A stretch of DNA of 64,000 nucleotides from Bacillota bacterium (GCA_041179705.1 JBEGSW010000060.1:8990-72989), one strand, 5' to 3'. Counted from the first letter of the stretch, positions 9,162 to 20,196 are shown. The notes: generated from the letters alone by a model not told the origin. Program-made: numbers and translations.

Positions 9162-11565
9162 TAAATTGCGCGTTTATGAATACGCCAAAAATATCGATAT
9201 GAGCAGTAAAGAAATTATTACCATCCTTAAGCGTGTTAACATGCCTGTTAACAATCACATGAGCGTAATGGAGCCTGAGATGGTTAGTGCAGTAGAGAAC
9301 TTCTTCAAAGATTTGAAGGAGAAAGCAGCAGCGAAAAGATCGGGTGTACCTGTACCTCAAAAAGCGCCTGCTCAACCGAAACCTGCAGCGACAGCAACAC
9401 CTCAGGTGGCAGCACCAGCCGCACAACCTGCGGCTCCAGTAGCGAAGCCGACAGCACCACCAGCACAACAGCAGCAACAACGTAAACCTGATCAACGCCC
9501 TGCACAACAACAACCGCGTACGGGGGGGAATGACCGTTCTGGGTTTACAAAGACTTCTTCATTCCCTGTAGCAGTTGGTCAGACGGCACCGCTTGTGACA
9601 CCAACTAACACTGGTGAAAAGAAAAGCTACGATTCCTATGATATAAACAACCGTAATGATCGAAATGCTAACAAACCAGCTCAAAAACCTGGCCAACGTC
9701 GATTTGACGATAATCGCCAAGGTGGTGGTTTCCGTGGTGGTCAGAACAATCGTAATCGTTTCAACAAGAACAACAGAAATCAACCACAAGTGAAGAAAGA
9801 AAAAATTGATAATACACCTAAGAAAATCATCGTTCGCGGTGAAATGACTGTTGGTGAATTCTCGAAATTACTTCACAAAGATGCATCAGAAGTTATCAAG
9901 AAGTTATTCATGAGCGGCATCATGGCAACCATTAACCAAGAACTTGACCTTGATACTATCCAACTCATCGCTGGTGAATACGGTGTTGAAGTGGAATTGA
10001 AACTTCCAGTTGAGGAAGATCCATTTGAAATGGATGAAATCTTGGAAGACGAAGCTAACCTGAAAGAGCGTCCACCAGTGGTAACAATCATGGGTCACGT
10101 TGACCATGGTAAGACAACATTACTTGATGCGATCCGTGAAACGCGTGTTACTGAAGGCGAAGCTGGCGGAATTACACAGCATATTGGTGCTTACCAAATT
10201 GAAATTAAGAACAAAAAAATCACATTCCTAGATACACCAGGTCACGAGGCATTCACAATGATGCGTGCGCGTGGTGCCAAAGTTACAGATATCACGATTC
10301 TTGTCGTAGCAGCTGATGATGGTGTAATGCCACAGACAATCGAAGCGATTAACCATGCGAAAGCGGCTAATGTGCCAATTATCGTAGCGGTTAACAAAAT
10401 CGATAAACCAGATGCCAATGTTGACCGAATCAAGCAAGAATTATCTGTGCATAACCTCGTAAGTGAAGAGTGGGGTGGAGACACTATCTTTGTTAATGTC
10501 TCTGCAAAACAACGCACAAACTTGGATGAACTTTTGGAAATGATTCTTCTCGTTGCAGAAGTTCAAGAACTTCGTGCAAATCCAAAGGCATTAGCGCGTG
10601 GTACAGTAATCGAAGCAGAATTGGACAAAGGTCGCGGCCCAGTAGCGCGTGTGCTTGTTCAATCCGGTACGTTAAAAATCGGAGATCCATTAGTTGCTGG
10701 TAACACGTTTGGTCGTGTGCGTGCAATGGTTAACGATAAAGGCCGTCGTTTAAAAGAAGTTGGTCCTTCAACACCGGTTGAATTAACTGGTTTGAATGGC
10801 GTTCCACAGGCTGGCGATCAATTTATCGTCTTCGAGAACGAAAGCAAAGCTAGAGAAATCGCAGATAAGCGTACAACAACATATCGTGAAGAGAACCTCG
10901 GTAAAAATACGAAGATTACGCTTGATGATTTGTTCACGCACATCAAAGATGGCGATATCAAAGATTTGAATGTCATTATCAAAGGTGATGTTCAAGGTTC
11001 CGTTGAAGCACTTCGTGGATCTCTTGAGAAGATTGATATTGAGGGTGTACGTGTTCGTATTTTACACACGGGTGCTGGTGCAATTACGGAATCGGATATC
11101 ATCCTTGCTTCTGCATCTAATGCAATCATTATTGGCTTCAACGTTCGTCCGGAACCAGCTGCGAAGATGACTGCTGATCAAGAAAACGTTGATATTCGAC
11201 TTCATAGCATTATCTACAATGTCATTGCTGAAATTGAAAGTGCAATGAAGGGTATGCTAGATCCGATCTATAAAGAAACAATTATCGGTCAGGCTGAAGT
11301 TCGTAACGTATTTAAAATTACAAAAGTTGGAACAATTGCAGGTTGTATGATTACGAATGGTAAAGTTGCTCGTAATGCGGGCGTTCGCTTAATTCGTGCT
11401 GGGATTGTTGTCCATGAAGGCAAGATTGATCAGTTGAAACGATTTAAAGATGATGCAAAAGAAGTTTCACAAGGTTACGAGTGTGGGATTTCGATTGAAG
11501 ATTACAACGATATTAAAGAGTTGGATATTATCGAAGCGTTTATCATGGAAACCGTAGAAAGGTAG
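9142..11565 (+). CDS. infB: Translation initiation factor IF-2
   Basis: 807 aa. TTG start 7 nt after GGAGGTG. G domain [12 protein letters not shown] / DTPGHEAF / NKIDK. Long Q/P/A/N/R-rich N-terminal linker. Confidence 0.97.
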   Translation: MTKPVDDKLRVYEYAKNIDMSSKEIITILKRVNMPVNNHMSVMEPEMVSAVENFFKDLKEKAAAKRSGVPVPQKAPAQPKPAATATPQVAAPAAQPAAPVAKPTAPPAQQQQQRKPDQRPAQQQPRTGGNDRSGFTKTSSFPVAVGQTAPLVTPTNTGEKKSYDSYDINNRNDRNANKPAQKPGQRRFDDNRQGGGFRGGQNNRNRFNKNNRNQPQVKKEKIDNTPKKIIVRGEMTVGEFSKLLHKDASEVIKKLFMSGIMATINQELDLDTIQLIAGEYGVEVELKLPVEEDPFEMDEILEDEANLKERPPVVTIMGHVDHGKTTLLDAIRETRVTEGEAGGITQHIGAYQIEIKNKKITFLDTPGHEAFTMMRARGAKVTDITILVVAADDGVMPQTIEAINHAKAANVPIIVAVNKIDKPDANVDRIKQELSVHNLVSEEWGGDTIFVNVSAKQRTNLDELLEMILLVAEVQELRANPKALARGTVIEAELDKGRGPVARVLVQSGTLKIGDPLVAGNTFGRVRAMVNDKGRRLKEVGPSTPVELTGLNGVPQAGDQFIVFENESKAREIADKRTTTYREENLGKNTKITLDDLFTHIKDGDIKDLNVIIKGDVQGSVEALRGSLEKIDIEGVRVRILHTGAGAITESDIILASASNAIIIGFNVRPEPAAKMTADQENVDIRLHSIIYNVIAEIESAMKGMLDPIYKETIIGQAEVRNVFKITKVGTIAGCMITNGKVARNAGVRLIRAGIVVHEGKIDQLKRFKDDAKEVSQGYECGISIEDYNDIKELDIIEAFIMETVER

Positions 11566-11572
11566 TGACGGG

Positions 11573-11926
11573 ATGTCCAAAATTCGTGTAGGTCGTGTTG
11601 GTGAACAAATCAAAAAGGAACTAAGCCAGTTGTTACAGCAAGAGTTGAAAGATCCGCGCATTGGATTTTTAACAGTAACAGGTGTAGACGTTACAAATGA
11701 TTTGTCGCAAGCCAAAGTATATTTAAGTGTTCTCGGTAGTGAAGAGCAGAAAGAAGCTACTTTCCACGCCATTGCGCGTGCGAAGGGTTTCATTCGCAGT
11801 GAACTTGGTCGACGCGTACTTTTACGTCACACACCAGAATTGATTTTCAAAACGGATGCATCGATTGAATATGGAAGTCATATTGAAGCGTTGCTAGCCA
11901 AAATTAATGAGGGAGCGTCGAATTAA
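11573..11926 (+). CDS. rbfA: Ribosome-binding factor A
   Basis: 117 aa, RVGEQIKKELSQLL...VTGVDVTNDLSQAKVY, directly after infB. Confidence 0.95.
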   Translation: MSKIRVGRVGEQIKKELSQLLQQELKDPRIGFLTVTGVDVTNDLSQAKVYLSVLGSEEQKEATFHAIARAKGFIRSELGRRVLLRHTPELIFKTDASIEYGSHIEALLAKINEGASN

Positions 11927-12916
11927 ATGAAAACACTGAGCTATGAGCAAATGCTTGAAGCGTCAGCCCATTTTATTCGAACCCATGATGATTTTGTTGT
12001 TGTATCGCACTTAAATCCTGATGGAGATGCAATCAGCTCTACTTGTGCAGTAGGCTGGTTGCTATCCCAATTGGGTAAGCGCTACATCATGGTAAATGAA
12101 GATACGATTCCTGATAAATTTGATTACTTACCCAATGTTAATGCGTTATATCGCTTTGACTCTGAGGAGTTTCATCGATTTGATCAAGGAGCCATAATCA
12201 GCGTAGATTGCGCTGATTTTTCGCGTATTGGGGAACCTTCAGCATTATTCAAAAAAGCAATTCCATTCTTGAATATTGATCATCATCCGACAAATGACTT
12301 TTTTGGCGACACCCACTTGATTCGAACGGATGCGGCTGCTACTGCAGAAATCCTATTTGAACTCATTCAGCATTTAGGTTTGACCTTAGATGCACCGGTT
12401 TCTAATGCTTTGTATACAGGCATCATGACGGATACTGGTGGTTTTAGATATTCCAATACAACACCTAACGTGATGCAGATGGCTGCAACATTAATTGCTT
12501 CAGGAGCACAAGGTCATATTTTGGCAGAAAAGTTACTTGAATCAATGACATACAGCCAACTTGAGTTGTTAAAACGATCACTAAACAATTTGCATTTTCG
12601 AGATGATAAACGTGTAGCTTGGATGTCCGTTTCACTAGCGGATATTGCAGCAACTGCAGCAGTCAACGCTGACCTTGAGGGGCTAGTGAATTATGCTCGA
12701 AACGTGGAAGGTGTCGAAGTGGGTTTGTTATTTAAACAACAAGCAGATAACGCGTATAAAGTGAGTTTCCGCTCAGCGGGTCTTGTTGACGTTGCATCCA
12801 TCGCGAAGTCATTCGGTGGTGGAGGGCACAAACGTGCTGCGGGTGCTTCTCTTGAGGGTTCACTTGAAGAGGTACAGGTAAAAGTTCTTTCTGCGATTGC
12901 GAGGGATTTACCGTGA
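11927..12916 (+). CDS. DHH/DHHA1 family phosphoesterase (NrnA-like oligoribonuclease / pAp phosphatase)
   Basis: 329 aa with motifs HLNPDGDA, NIDHHPTN and GGGGHKRAAGA. ATG abuts the rbfA stop. Confidence 0.85.
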   Translation: MKTLSYEQMLEASAHFIRTHDDFVVVSHLNPDGDAISSTCAVGWLLSQLGKRYIMVNEDTIPDKFDYLPNVNALYRFDSEEFHRFDQGAIISVDCADFSRIGEPSALFKKAIPFLNIDHHPTNDFFGDTHLIRTDAAATAEILFELIQHLGLTLDAPVSNALYTGIMTDTGGFRYSNTTPNVMQMAATLIASGAQGHILAEKLLESMTYSQLELLKRSLNNLHFRDDKRVAWMSVSLADIAATAAVNADLEGLVNYARNVEGVEVGLLFKQQADNAYKVSFRSAGLVDVASIAKSFGGGGHKRAAGASLEGSLEEVQVKVLSAIARDLP

Positions 12917-13857
12917 CATTTGAAGGTGTATTACCGATATGGAAACCAGAAGGATTTACCTCACATGATGTCGTGGCAGTTGCTCGCCGCTCTTTGCAAA
13001 TAAAGCGAATCGGACATACGGGCACGCTTGACCCAATGGTGACAGGCGTGCTTCCTTTGTGTATTGGACGTGCGACTCGGATGGTTGAGTACATTCAAGA
13101 TTTACCTAAACAATATGAAGCTGAATTGACACTCGGTATTTCAACCAATACGGAAGATTGGACAGGCGAAATATTGGAACAAGTTGATTCGATTTCGATT
13201 GATCAAGCTACGATTGAACGTGTGTTGGCAACCTTCGTTGGTGAGATTGAACAAATTCCTCCGATGTTTTCTGCTTTGAAACAGGGCGGAGTGAAATTGT
13301 ATGAACTTGCTCGTCAAGGGATTGAAGTTGAGCGAAAGGTTAGATTGGTACAAATTTTCAAACTTGAATTAATTGAAACTAATTTGGAGGACAAGCATCC
13401 AAAAATTCGTTTCCTTGTAGATTGTTCCAAAGGGACATATATTCGGACGCTGTGTGTAGACATTGGTAGGAAACTTGGTTTTCCTGCGATGATGAGCAGT
13501 CTTGTCCGGACGCGTTCAGGCCCATTTCGTAGAGAAGATTGTGTTACCATCGAAGAACTCAGAGCTTTCCAAGAGAATGAAAAATTGCATGCGCTCCTTG
13601 TCGATGAACAAATTGCTTTAAATCATTTGTCGATTGTTACCATTCCGGATTGGGCGGCTTTGAAACTTGTGCAAGGGCAGGTTCTTCATCGCTCGAGACT
13701 TCCTCAGGGTTGTTATGAACAAGCAACAACAAAACTTTTTAGATTGTATGATGATAGTAATCGCTTTGTGGGTCTATTCCAATTCGATGAGCAAACAGGT
13801 AACATTGTAGCTACAAAGGTGTTCGCAACACCAGAACAATGGAGCACTACTTCTTAA
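12913..13857 (+). CDS. truB: tRNA pseudouridine(55) synthase TruB
   Basis: KPEGFTSHDVV, GHTGTLDPMVTGVLP. GTG start overlaps the previous stop (GTGA). Confidence 0.95.
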   Translation: MTFEGVLPIWKPEGFTSHDVVAVARRSLQIKRIGHTGTLDPMVTGVLPLCIGRATRMVEYIQDLPKQYEAELTLGISTNTEDWTGEILEQVDSISIDQATIERVLATFVGEIEQIPPMFSALKQGGVKLYELARQGIEVERKVRLVQIFKLELIETNLEDKHPKIRFLVDCSKGTYIRTLCVDIGRKLGFPAMMSSLVRTRSGPFRREDCVTIEELRAFQENEKLHALLVDEQIALNHLSIVTIPDWAALKLVQGQVLHRSRLPQGCYEQATTKLFRLYDDSNRFVGLFQFDEQTGNIVATKVFATPEQWSTTS

Positions 13858-13870
13858 AGGAGTTAAGCAT

Positions 13871-14806
13871 ATGGAAATTTGCCCGTTACGGTATCCTTTA
13901 ACTGAACAATCACCGTTATCCTCGAACCCAATTGTTATGGCGATTGGAGACTTTGATGGTGTTCATTTGGGGCATCAAGAAGTGATAAGGTCAGCCAAAC
14001 GTATTGCAGATGAAAATGACTGCATGTCGGCAATCATGACTTTTCACCCTCACCCTAGAGAAGTGCTTGGACAAAAGATATACTCGCGTTATTTAGCACC
14101 CTATGCGGATAAGATGGAACGATTTGCTGCACTTGATCTTGATTACGCTTATACGGTGCATTTTGATAAAGCCTTTGCCCGCGTAACATCAGAACAATTT
14201 GTTGAAGATATGCTCATGAAGATGAATATCCATACGGTTGTTGTAGGCTTTGATTTCACATTTGGTTATTTAGGCGCAGGAACGGTGGATTCATTGATTA
14301 AATTGGCAAACGGTCGTTTTGCTGTAGAAATGATCAAACCCTACCACTTAAACGGTGAAAAGGTAAGTAGTACAGTCATTCGCGAACAACTTCACTTCGG
14401 CTTTGTGGATGCTGCGATGGAATATCTTGGGCGACCATATCAATTGGCTGGTAAAGTTGTTCATGGTGAAGCAAGAGGAAGAACAATCGGTTTTCCAACA
14501 GCGAATATTGAAGTTACAGAACCCTTTGTGATTCCAACTAATGGCGTCTATTTGGTTAAGCTGCATCTAGATGGGAAATCCTATGATGGGGTTATGAATA
14601 TTGGTGTTAAGCCAACTTTTCACGTAAATGCCTCGGTTACAATTGAAGCTCATTTATTTGACTTTAATCAGGATATTTACGATCGCGTTGTTCAAGTGGA
14701 GTTATTATCTTTTCTACGACCGGAGCAACGATTCAACTCAATCGATGAATTAATTAATCAAATTGAAGCCGATGTAAGGAAAGCAAAGGCCAAACTTGCT
14801 GAATGA
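13871..14806 (+). CDS. ribF: Bifunctional riboflavin kinase / FMN adenylyltransferase
   Basis: 311 aa, GDFDGVHLGHQ, GFPTANI, typical position after truB. Confidence 0.95.
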   Translation: MEICPLRYPLTEQSPLSSNPIVMAIGDFDGVHLGHQEVIRSAKRIADENDCMSAIMTFHPHPREVLGQKIYSRYLAPYADKMERFAALDLDYAYTVHFDKAFARVTSEQFVEDMLMKMNIHTVVVGFDFTFGYLGAGTVDSLIKLANGRFAVEMIKPYHLNGEKVSSTVIREQLHFGFVDAAMEYLGRPYQLAGKVVHGEARGRTIGFPTANIEVTEPFVIPTNGVYLVKLHLDGKSYDGVMNIGVKPTFHVNASVTIEAHLFDFNQDIYDRVVQVELLSFLRPEQRFNSIDELINQIEADVRKAKAKLAE

Positions 14807-14808
14807 GG

Positions 14809-14838
14809 TTTACATAATAAGGTATACTGTGATATAGT
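14809..14838 (+). promoter_or_regulatory. Candidate sigma-A promoter of rpsO
   Basis: TTTACA (14809-14814), 18 nt spacer, then TGaTATAGT extended -10 (TATAGT at 14833-14838). Leaves a ~90 nt leader. Confidence 0.45.
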
Positions 14839-14936
14839 ACTAATGTTGTAAACATGAACCTTTGCTTGGAAACGCGATACTCCAACGCTTTCTTGGCTGT
14901 AGGGGATTATCATTTGAATTTAAGGAGGTGTACAGG

Positions 14937-15206
14937 ATGGCAATTACTCAAGAACGTAAAAATCAGCTTATTGAAGAGCACCGCACACATGAGTCCGATA
15001 CAGGATCCCCAGAAGTGCAAGTAGCTATCCTAACGGAGAACATCGTCAATTTGACGGACCACTTACGTACGCACAAGAAAGACCATCATTCCCGTCGTGG
15101 ATTGTTAAAGATGGTTGGTCAACGCCGTAAGTTGTTAGCTTATTTGAAGAATAAAGATGTTCGTCGTTATAGCGCTCTAATCGAGAAGCTTGGCCTTCGT
15201 CGTTAA
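14937..15206 (+). CDS. rpsO: 30S ribosomal protein S15
   Basis: [34 protein letters not shown]..., 89 aa. ATG after AAGGAGGTG; the ORF-track start at 14862 is an extension. Confidence 0.97.
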   Translation: MAITQERKNQLIEEHRTHESDTGSPEVQVAILTENIVNLTDHLRTHKKDHHSRRGLLKMVGQRRKLLAYLKNKDVRRYSALIEKLGLRR

Positions 15207-15217
15207 TTTGCAACATT

Positions 15218-15281
15218 AAAAGCAACCAGGTCGTTCGGATGGACATCTTGTCCAATCGGTGTACGTCCTTGGTTGCTTTTT
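15218..15281 (+). terminator. rpsO terminator / pnp leader hairpin
   Basis: AAAAGCAACCAGG...CCTTGGTTGCTTTTT long imperfect hairpin with T-run. Confidence 0.7.
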
Positions 15282-15325
15282 GCAATAAGAAGTAAATTTT
15301 ACATACCATGAATCGGAGGATTACT

Positions 15326-17410
15326 ATGCTACAGAGCGTTGAAATGAACCTTGCAGGCCGTAAATTAGTGCTTGAAACTGGTCGACTTGCAAAGCAAGCA
15401 AATGCATCCGTTACAGTTCGATACGGCGATACAGTCGTACTTTGTACAGTAACAGCATCGGCCAAACCGACACCTTTGGATTTCTTCCCATTGACTGTCA
15501 ACTATGAAGAGAAAATGTATGCGGTTGGTAAAATCCCAGGTGGATTTATTAAGCGTGAAGGACGTCCAAGTGAAAAGGCGATTTTGTCTAGCCGATTAAC
15601 TGACCGTCCAATTCGTCCTTTGTTCCCTGAAGGTTTCCGTAATGATGTACAAATCGTTAATCTTGTCATGAGTGTAGAGCAGGACTGCTCTCCTGAAATC
15701 GCGGCAATGATTGGTACTTCTGCCGCTTTAAGTATTTCTGATGTTCCTTTTAACGGTCCTGTAGCAGGTGTAATCGTTGGTCGTGTGAACGGTGAATTTG
15801 TTATTAATCCTACTGTTGCCCAGCAGGAATTAAGTGATATTTTCTTAGTCGTTGCTGGTACAAAAGACGCAATCATGATGGTTGAAGCTGAAGCGGACGA
15901 AGTTTCTGAAGAAGTGATGCTAGAAGCAATCATGTTTGGTCATGATGAGATCAAGAAGATTGTTGCTGTGGAAGAGCAACTCGTTGCGATTGCGGGTAAA
16001 GAAAAAATGCCAGTGATCTTGAAGACAGTTGATGCTGAAGTAGATGCAGCAGTACGTGCGTATGCAGAAACTCGTTTGGTTGAAGCGGTTAATATTGCTG
16101 AGAAGCATGCTCGTCAAGATGCAATTGATGCAATTAACGCAGAGACAGTGGAGCACTTCACACCAGTTTATGCTGACACACCTGAAAAAATGAAAGACGT
16201 AAATGAATCTTTACACGATATCGTTAAAGACGAAGTTCGTCGTCAAATTACAGTTGATAAAGTTCGTCCAGACGGCCGTCAATTAACTGAAATTCGACCG
16301 ATTGATTGCGATACGAACTTATTGCCACGTACACATGGCTCTGGGTTGTTCACACGTGGACAGACGCAAGCATTAAGTGTTTGTACACTTGGACCACTTG
16401 GTGACGCGCAAATTCTAGATGGTATTAGCATCGAAGACGGCAAGCGTTTCATGCATCATTATAACTTCCCACCATTTAGTGTTGGTGAAGCTCGTCCATT
16501 ACGTCCACCAGGTCGTCGTGAAATTGGTCACGGTGCTTTAGGTGAGCGCGCATTACAACGTGTAATTCCATCTGAGACAGAGTTCCCATATGCAATTCGT
16601 CTTGTATCTGAAGTACTTGAATCAAATGGTTCTTCTTCGCAAGCAAGTATTTGTGCAGGTACGATGGCTATGATGGATGCTGGTGTACCAATTAAAGCAC
16701 CTGTAGCAGGTATTGCAATGGGTCTAATTAAAGAAGGCGAACATTTCAGTATCTTGAGCGACATTCAAGGTCTTGAAGATCACCTCGGTGATATGGACTT
16801 CAAAGTTGCGGGAACAGCACAAGGGGTAACTGCAATTCAGATGGATATCAAGATTGATGGTATCGATCGTGCAATCTTGTCTCAAGCACTTGATCAAGCT
16901 CGCGAAGGTCGTATTTTCATTCTTGGTAAGATGTTAGAGGCAATCCAAGCACCTCGCACACAACTTTCGCAGTATGCGCCGAAGATTTTGACAATGAATA
17001 TCAACCCGGATAAGATTCGCGACGTTATCGGTGCCGGTGGTAAAATCATTAACAAAATTATTGAAGATACTGGCGTTAAGATTGATATTGAACAAGATGG
17101 TCGTGTATTCATTGCATCCACTAACGAAGAAATGAACCAAAAAGCGCGTCAAATCATCGAGAACCTCGTTAAAGAAGTTGTTGTTGGTGAAATTTACACA
17201 GGTACTGTAAAGCGCATTGAGAAATTTGGCGCTTTCGTTGAAATTATCCCTGGTAAAGACGGACTATTACACGTGTCACAAATTTCCAAAGAACGTATTG
17301 CTAATGTAGAAGATGTACTTTCTTTAGGTGATTCAATCGAAGTAAAAGTTACAGAAATCGATAATCAAGGTCGCGTTAATTTATCACGAAAAGTGTTATT
17401 AGCAGACTAA
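15326..17410 (+). CDS. pnp: Polyribonucleotide nucleotidyltransferase (PNPase)
   Basis: Two RNase PH domains, a KH domain and an S1 domain ([15 protein letters not shown]). ATG 15326 follows GGAGGA. Confidence 0.97.
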   Translation: MLQSVEMNLAGRKLVLETGRLAKQANASVTVRYGDTVVLCTVTASAKPTPLDFFPLTVNYEEKMYAVGKIPGGFIKREGRPSEKAILSSRLTDRPIRPLFPEGFRNDVQIVNLVMSVEQDCSPEIAAMIGTSAALSISDVPFNGPVAGVIVGRVNGEFVINPTVAQQELSDIFLVVAGTKDAIMMVEAEADEVSEEVMLEAIMFGHDEIKKIVAVEEQLVAIAGKEKMPVILKTVDAEVDAAVRAYAETRLVEAVNIAEKHARQDAIDAINAETVEHFTPVYADTPEKMKDVNESLHDIVKDEVRRQITVDKVRPDGRQLTEIRPIDCDTNLLPRTHGSGLFTRGQTQALSVCTLGPLGDAQILDGISIEDGKRFMHHYNFPPFSVGEARPLRPPGRREIGHGALGERALQRVIPSETEFPYAIRLVSEVLESNGSSSQASICAGTMAMMDAGVPIKAPVAGIAMGLIKEGEHFSILSDIQGLEDHLGDMDFKVAGTAQGVTAIQMDIKIDGIDRAILSQALDQAREGRIFILGKMLEAIQAPRTQLSQYAPKILTMNINPDKIRDVIGAGGKIINKIIEDTGVKIDIEQDGRVFIASTNEEMNQKARQIIENLVKEVVVGEIYTGTVKRIEKFGAFVEIIPGKDGLLHVSQISKERIANVEDVLSLGDSIEVKVTEIDNQGRVNLSRKVLLAD

Positions 17411-17425
17411 ATAATCAACAAGACA

Positions 17426-17456
17426 AACTGTCGAAGAAATTCGGCAGTTTTTTTGT
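17426..17456 (+). terminator. Rho-independent terminator after pnp
   Basis: ACTGTCGAA-GAAA-TTCGGCAGT followed by TTTTTTT. Confidence 0.8.
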
Positions 17457-17513
17457 GTTTAATTCACACATGTGTATCATACCTTTTGGATATCTACAGC
17501 TTAGAAGGGAATT

Positions 17514-18419
17514 ATGAATATGAACCTTTTCCGAAAAGTTTCAATCATCACATGTATCTTCACATGCTTGATCGGCACACCCCTAATCGAAGCAAAAGAT
17601 TTTCAATTAAAAAAAGAAATTATGTCACAGATGGAGAAACAGACGATTCCCGCAATTGAACCCAAAATTGATCCTGTGTGGCACCTTATTCCTGGTTATA
17701 ATGGGGTAAAAGTTAATTTAAACAAAACAATTCGTGCATCTTCATCTAAAAAAAGACAAATCATCTGGAAGACAAATGAAGTAAAACCATTAATGTCATT
17801 AAATGATTATTTGCATGAGCCGATTTATAAGGGAAATTCCCACAAAAGGATGGTTGCACTACTGATTAATGTAGCTTGGGGTGAATCCCACATTCCACAA
17901 ATCCTAACTACGCTTAAAAAGAATGATGTAAAAGCATCGTTTTTCCTTGATGGGAAGTGGTTAAAAAGACATGAAAAAGATGCTCGTCTCATACTTGCTG
18001 AGGGTCATCAAGTTTCAAATCATGGGTATTCACACAAAAATATGAGTCGATTATCTGAGCGGGAGATGAAACACGAAATCCAAAAAACGCAGCATTTACT
18101 TGAACAATTAGGAGTTTCAAATCATTTGTTTGCGCCACCATCTGGTGACTTTAGTACAAAATCATTGGCAGTTACAGCGCAATTAGGCTTGCATACGATT
18201 CTCTGGACCGTGGATACGATAGATTGGCGTGAAAGTGACCCGAACGTTATTCTTAGACGCGTGTTACCCCGAATCGAGCCAGGATCAATGGTATTGATGC
18301 ATCCAACTTCTTCTGCAACAGCTGCGCTTGATCAAATGATTAAACAAATTAAAAAGAATAAACTTGTACTTGGCACAGTGAATGAATTGCTATCTACAAA
18401 GCGTGTAGAAGTTGAGTAG
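17514..18419 (+). CDS. Polysaccharide deacetylase family protein (YlxY-like, sporulation-associated)
   Basis: N-terminal hydrophobic signal/anchor. NodB-type motifs FFLDGKW and NHGYSH. Same position as B. subtilis ylxY. Confidence 0.85.
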   Translation: MNMNLFRKVSIITCIFTCLIGTPLIEAKDFQLKKEIMSQMEKQTIPAIEPKIDPVWHLIPGYNGVKVNLNKTIRASSSKKRQIIWKTNEVKPLMSLNDYLHEPIYKGNSHKRMVALLINVAWGESHIPQILTTLKKNDVKASFFLDGKWLKRHEKDARLILAEGHQVSNHGYSHKNMSRLSEREMKHEIQKTQHLLEQLGVSNHLFAPPSGDFSTKSLAVTAQLGLHTILWTVDTIDWRESDPNVILRRVLPRIEPGSMVLMHPTSSATAALDQMIKQIKKNKLVLGTVNELLSTKRVEVE

Positions 18420-18487
18420 ACCTACAAACTTTGATAAAATAAAGCAATCGATGTGTGATAAATTCGCATCAACAGGAGGCAACTAAC

Positions 18488-19756
18488 TTGAAAGTATATT
18501 CTTTACCGAATGGTCTGCGTATCGTCGCAGAATCTATCCCTACGTTTCGATCTGTATCATTTGGAATATGGGTTAAAGTAGGTTCAAGGAACGAAATAAC
18601 TGAAAATAATGGTATTTCGCATTTAATCGAACACATGATGTTCAAAGGTACTGAGCGATACTCAGCAGCCCAAATTGCAGATATATTTGACGGGATCGGC
18701 GGAAATGTAAATGCATTTACATCGAAAGAATATACGTGTTATTACGCTAAAGTTTTAGACGAACATTTACCTCTTGCCATGGATGTATTGAGCGACATGT
18801 TCTTTCGTTCGAAGATTGATCCCATTGAATTAGAAAAAGAAAAAAATGTAGTTATCGAAGAAATTGGCATGTATGAAGATACGCCAGATGACCTGGTCCA
18901 TGATTTAGTCGCACGTGCGTCATACGGTAAGCACCCATTAGGTTATTCGATTTTGGGAAAAGAAGAAATTTTGCGTAGTTTCAGCTCAGATGATTTAAAG
19001 CAATATTTAAACGATCATTACGATGCATCAAATACAGTTATAAGTGTTTCTGGTCATTTTGACTTTGAACAACTTGAACATTTAATCAATCAACACTTTG
19101 GATCATTTAATCGGACAGGATCAGAGCGCAAACAAGATGAGCCTAATTTCATTGGTGATGTTGTAATACACGCGAAGAAGACAGAACAAAATCATATTTG
19201 TCTTACATTGCCAGGTTTGTCGTTGAAAGATAAGCAATTGTATTCTATGATTTTGTTGAATAATGCATTTGGCGGCGGCATGAGTTCACGCATGTTCCAA
19301 GAAATTCGAGAGAAACGCGGATTAGCTTATTCTGTATATTCTTATCATGCTGCACATATCGATAGTGGTTTATTTACAGTCTACATTGGAACAGCGCCCA
19401 AACAGACAGAAGAAGTACTAAATGTGACAGTTGACCTAATGGATAACTTAGCCGCTAAAGGCTTAACAGAAGCTGAACTCCGTAAAGGAAAAGAACAGTT
19501 AAAAGGAAGTTTGATATTAAGTCTTGAAAGTACGAGTAGCCGTATGAATCGTCTTGGCAAGAATGAACTAATGCTTGGTCGACATCATACACTTGATGAA
19601 ATTATAACTCGAATTGAACAAGTAACTATGGAGGATGTAAAGACAACGATTGATCGCGTTTTTGCTAATCCAATTGCTTTAGCTGTGGTTGGACAAGATG
19701 AAAGTGCGATTCACCAACTGAGGAGGAACCGATATGTCACATCCCATTCAAATTAA
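18488..19756 (+). CDS. M16 family zinc peptidase (MlpA/YmxG-like)
   Basis: Inverted zinc motif HLIEHMMFKGT. Likely TTG start at 18488, 8 nt after AGGAGG (ORF-track GTG at 18455 is also possible). Confidence 0.88.
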   Translation: MKVYSLPNGLRIVAESIPTFRSVSFGIWVKVGSRNEITENNGISHLIEHMMFKGTERYSAAQIADIFDGIGGNVNAFTSKEYTCYYAKVLDEHLPLAMDVLSDMFFRSKIDPIELEKEKNVVIEEIGMYEDTPDDLVHDLVARASYGKHPLGYSILGKEEILRSFSSDDLKQYLNDHYDASNTVISVSGHFDFEQLEHLINQHFGSFNRTGSERKQDEPNFIGDVVIHAKKTEQNHICLTLPGLSLKDKQLYSMILLNNAFGGGMSSRMFQEIREKRGLAYSVYSYHAAHIDSGLFTVYIGTAPKQTEEVLNVTVDLMDNLAAKGLTEAELRKGKEQLKGSLILSLESTSSRMNRLGKNELMLGRHHTLDEIITRIEQVTMEDVKTTIDRVFANPIALAVVGQDESAIHQLRRNRYVTSHSN

Positions 19757-20183
19757 ACGTTTACCTGGTAACGAAGATATCCCATTGCCACAACGCATGT
19801 CCCTAGGCGCGAGCGGCTATGATGTATACGCAGCGGTTACAGAACCAATTACATTAAAGCCGGGCGAAAGAATGCTCATTCCTACAGGTTTATCCATGGC
19901 TATGGAAAATGGCCTTGAGTGTCAAGTTCGTCCACGCAGTGGATTAGCATTTAAACATGGCATTACGTGTTTAAATACGCCAGGAACCATTGATGCAGAT
20001 TATCGCGGAGAAGTGAAAGTGCTTCTTGTTAATCTTGGACAAGAACCATTTGTTATTAATCGTGGCGAACGCATTGCACAGTTTGTATTTGCAGAAGTAC
20101 CTCATTCCCATTTGATTGAAGTTCAAGAATTATCTGAAACCGTTCGCGGTGAAGGTGGATTTGGACACACAGGAAAAAATTAA
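19734..20183 (+). CDS. dut: dUTP diphosphatase (trimeric dUTPase)
   Basis: 149 aa with GASGYDV, RPRSG, GTIDADYRGE and RGEGGFGHTG motifs. Overlaps the upstream gene by 23 nt. Confidence 0.93.
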   Translation: MSHPIQIKRLPGNEDIPLPQRMSLGASGYDVYAAVTEPITLKPGERMLIPTGLSMAMENGLECQVRPRSGLAFKHGITCLNTPGTIDADYRGEVKVLLVNLGQEPFVINRGERIAQFVFAEVPHSHLIEVQELSETVRGEGGFGHTGKN

Positions 20184-20196
20184 ACCATGAAAAATG

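Noticed and set aside
9106-9513. 135-aa Cys/Arg-rich ORF on the minus strand.
   Set aside because: It is the antisense reading of the Q/P/A-rich repetitive linker of infB. Its odd composition is the complement of GCA/CCA/CAA codons. It has no RBS and lies entirely inside a confident gene.
15046-15501. 151-aa minus-strand ORF spanning the rpsO-pnp junction.
   Set aside because: It runs antisense through the rpsO 3' end, its terminator and the pnp 5' end. It has no RBS or recognisable motif. It is a typical shadow ORF.
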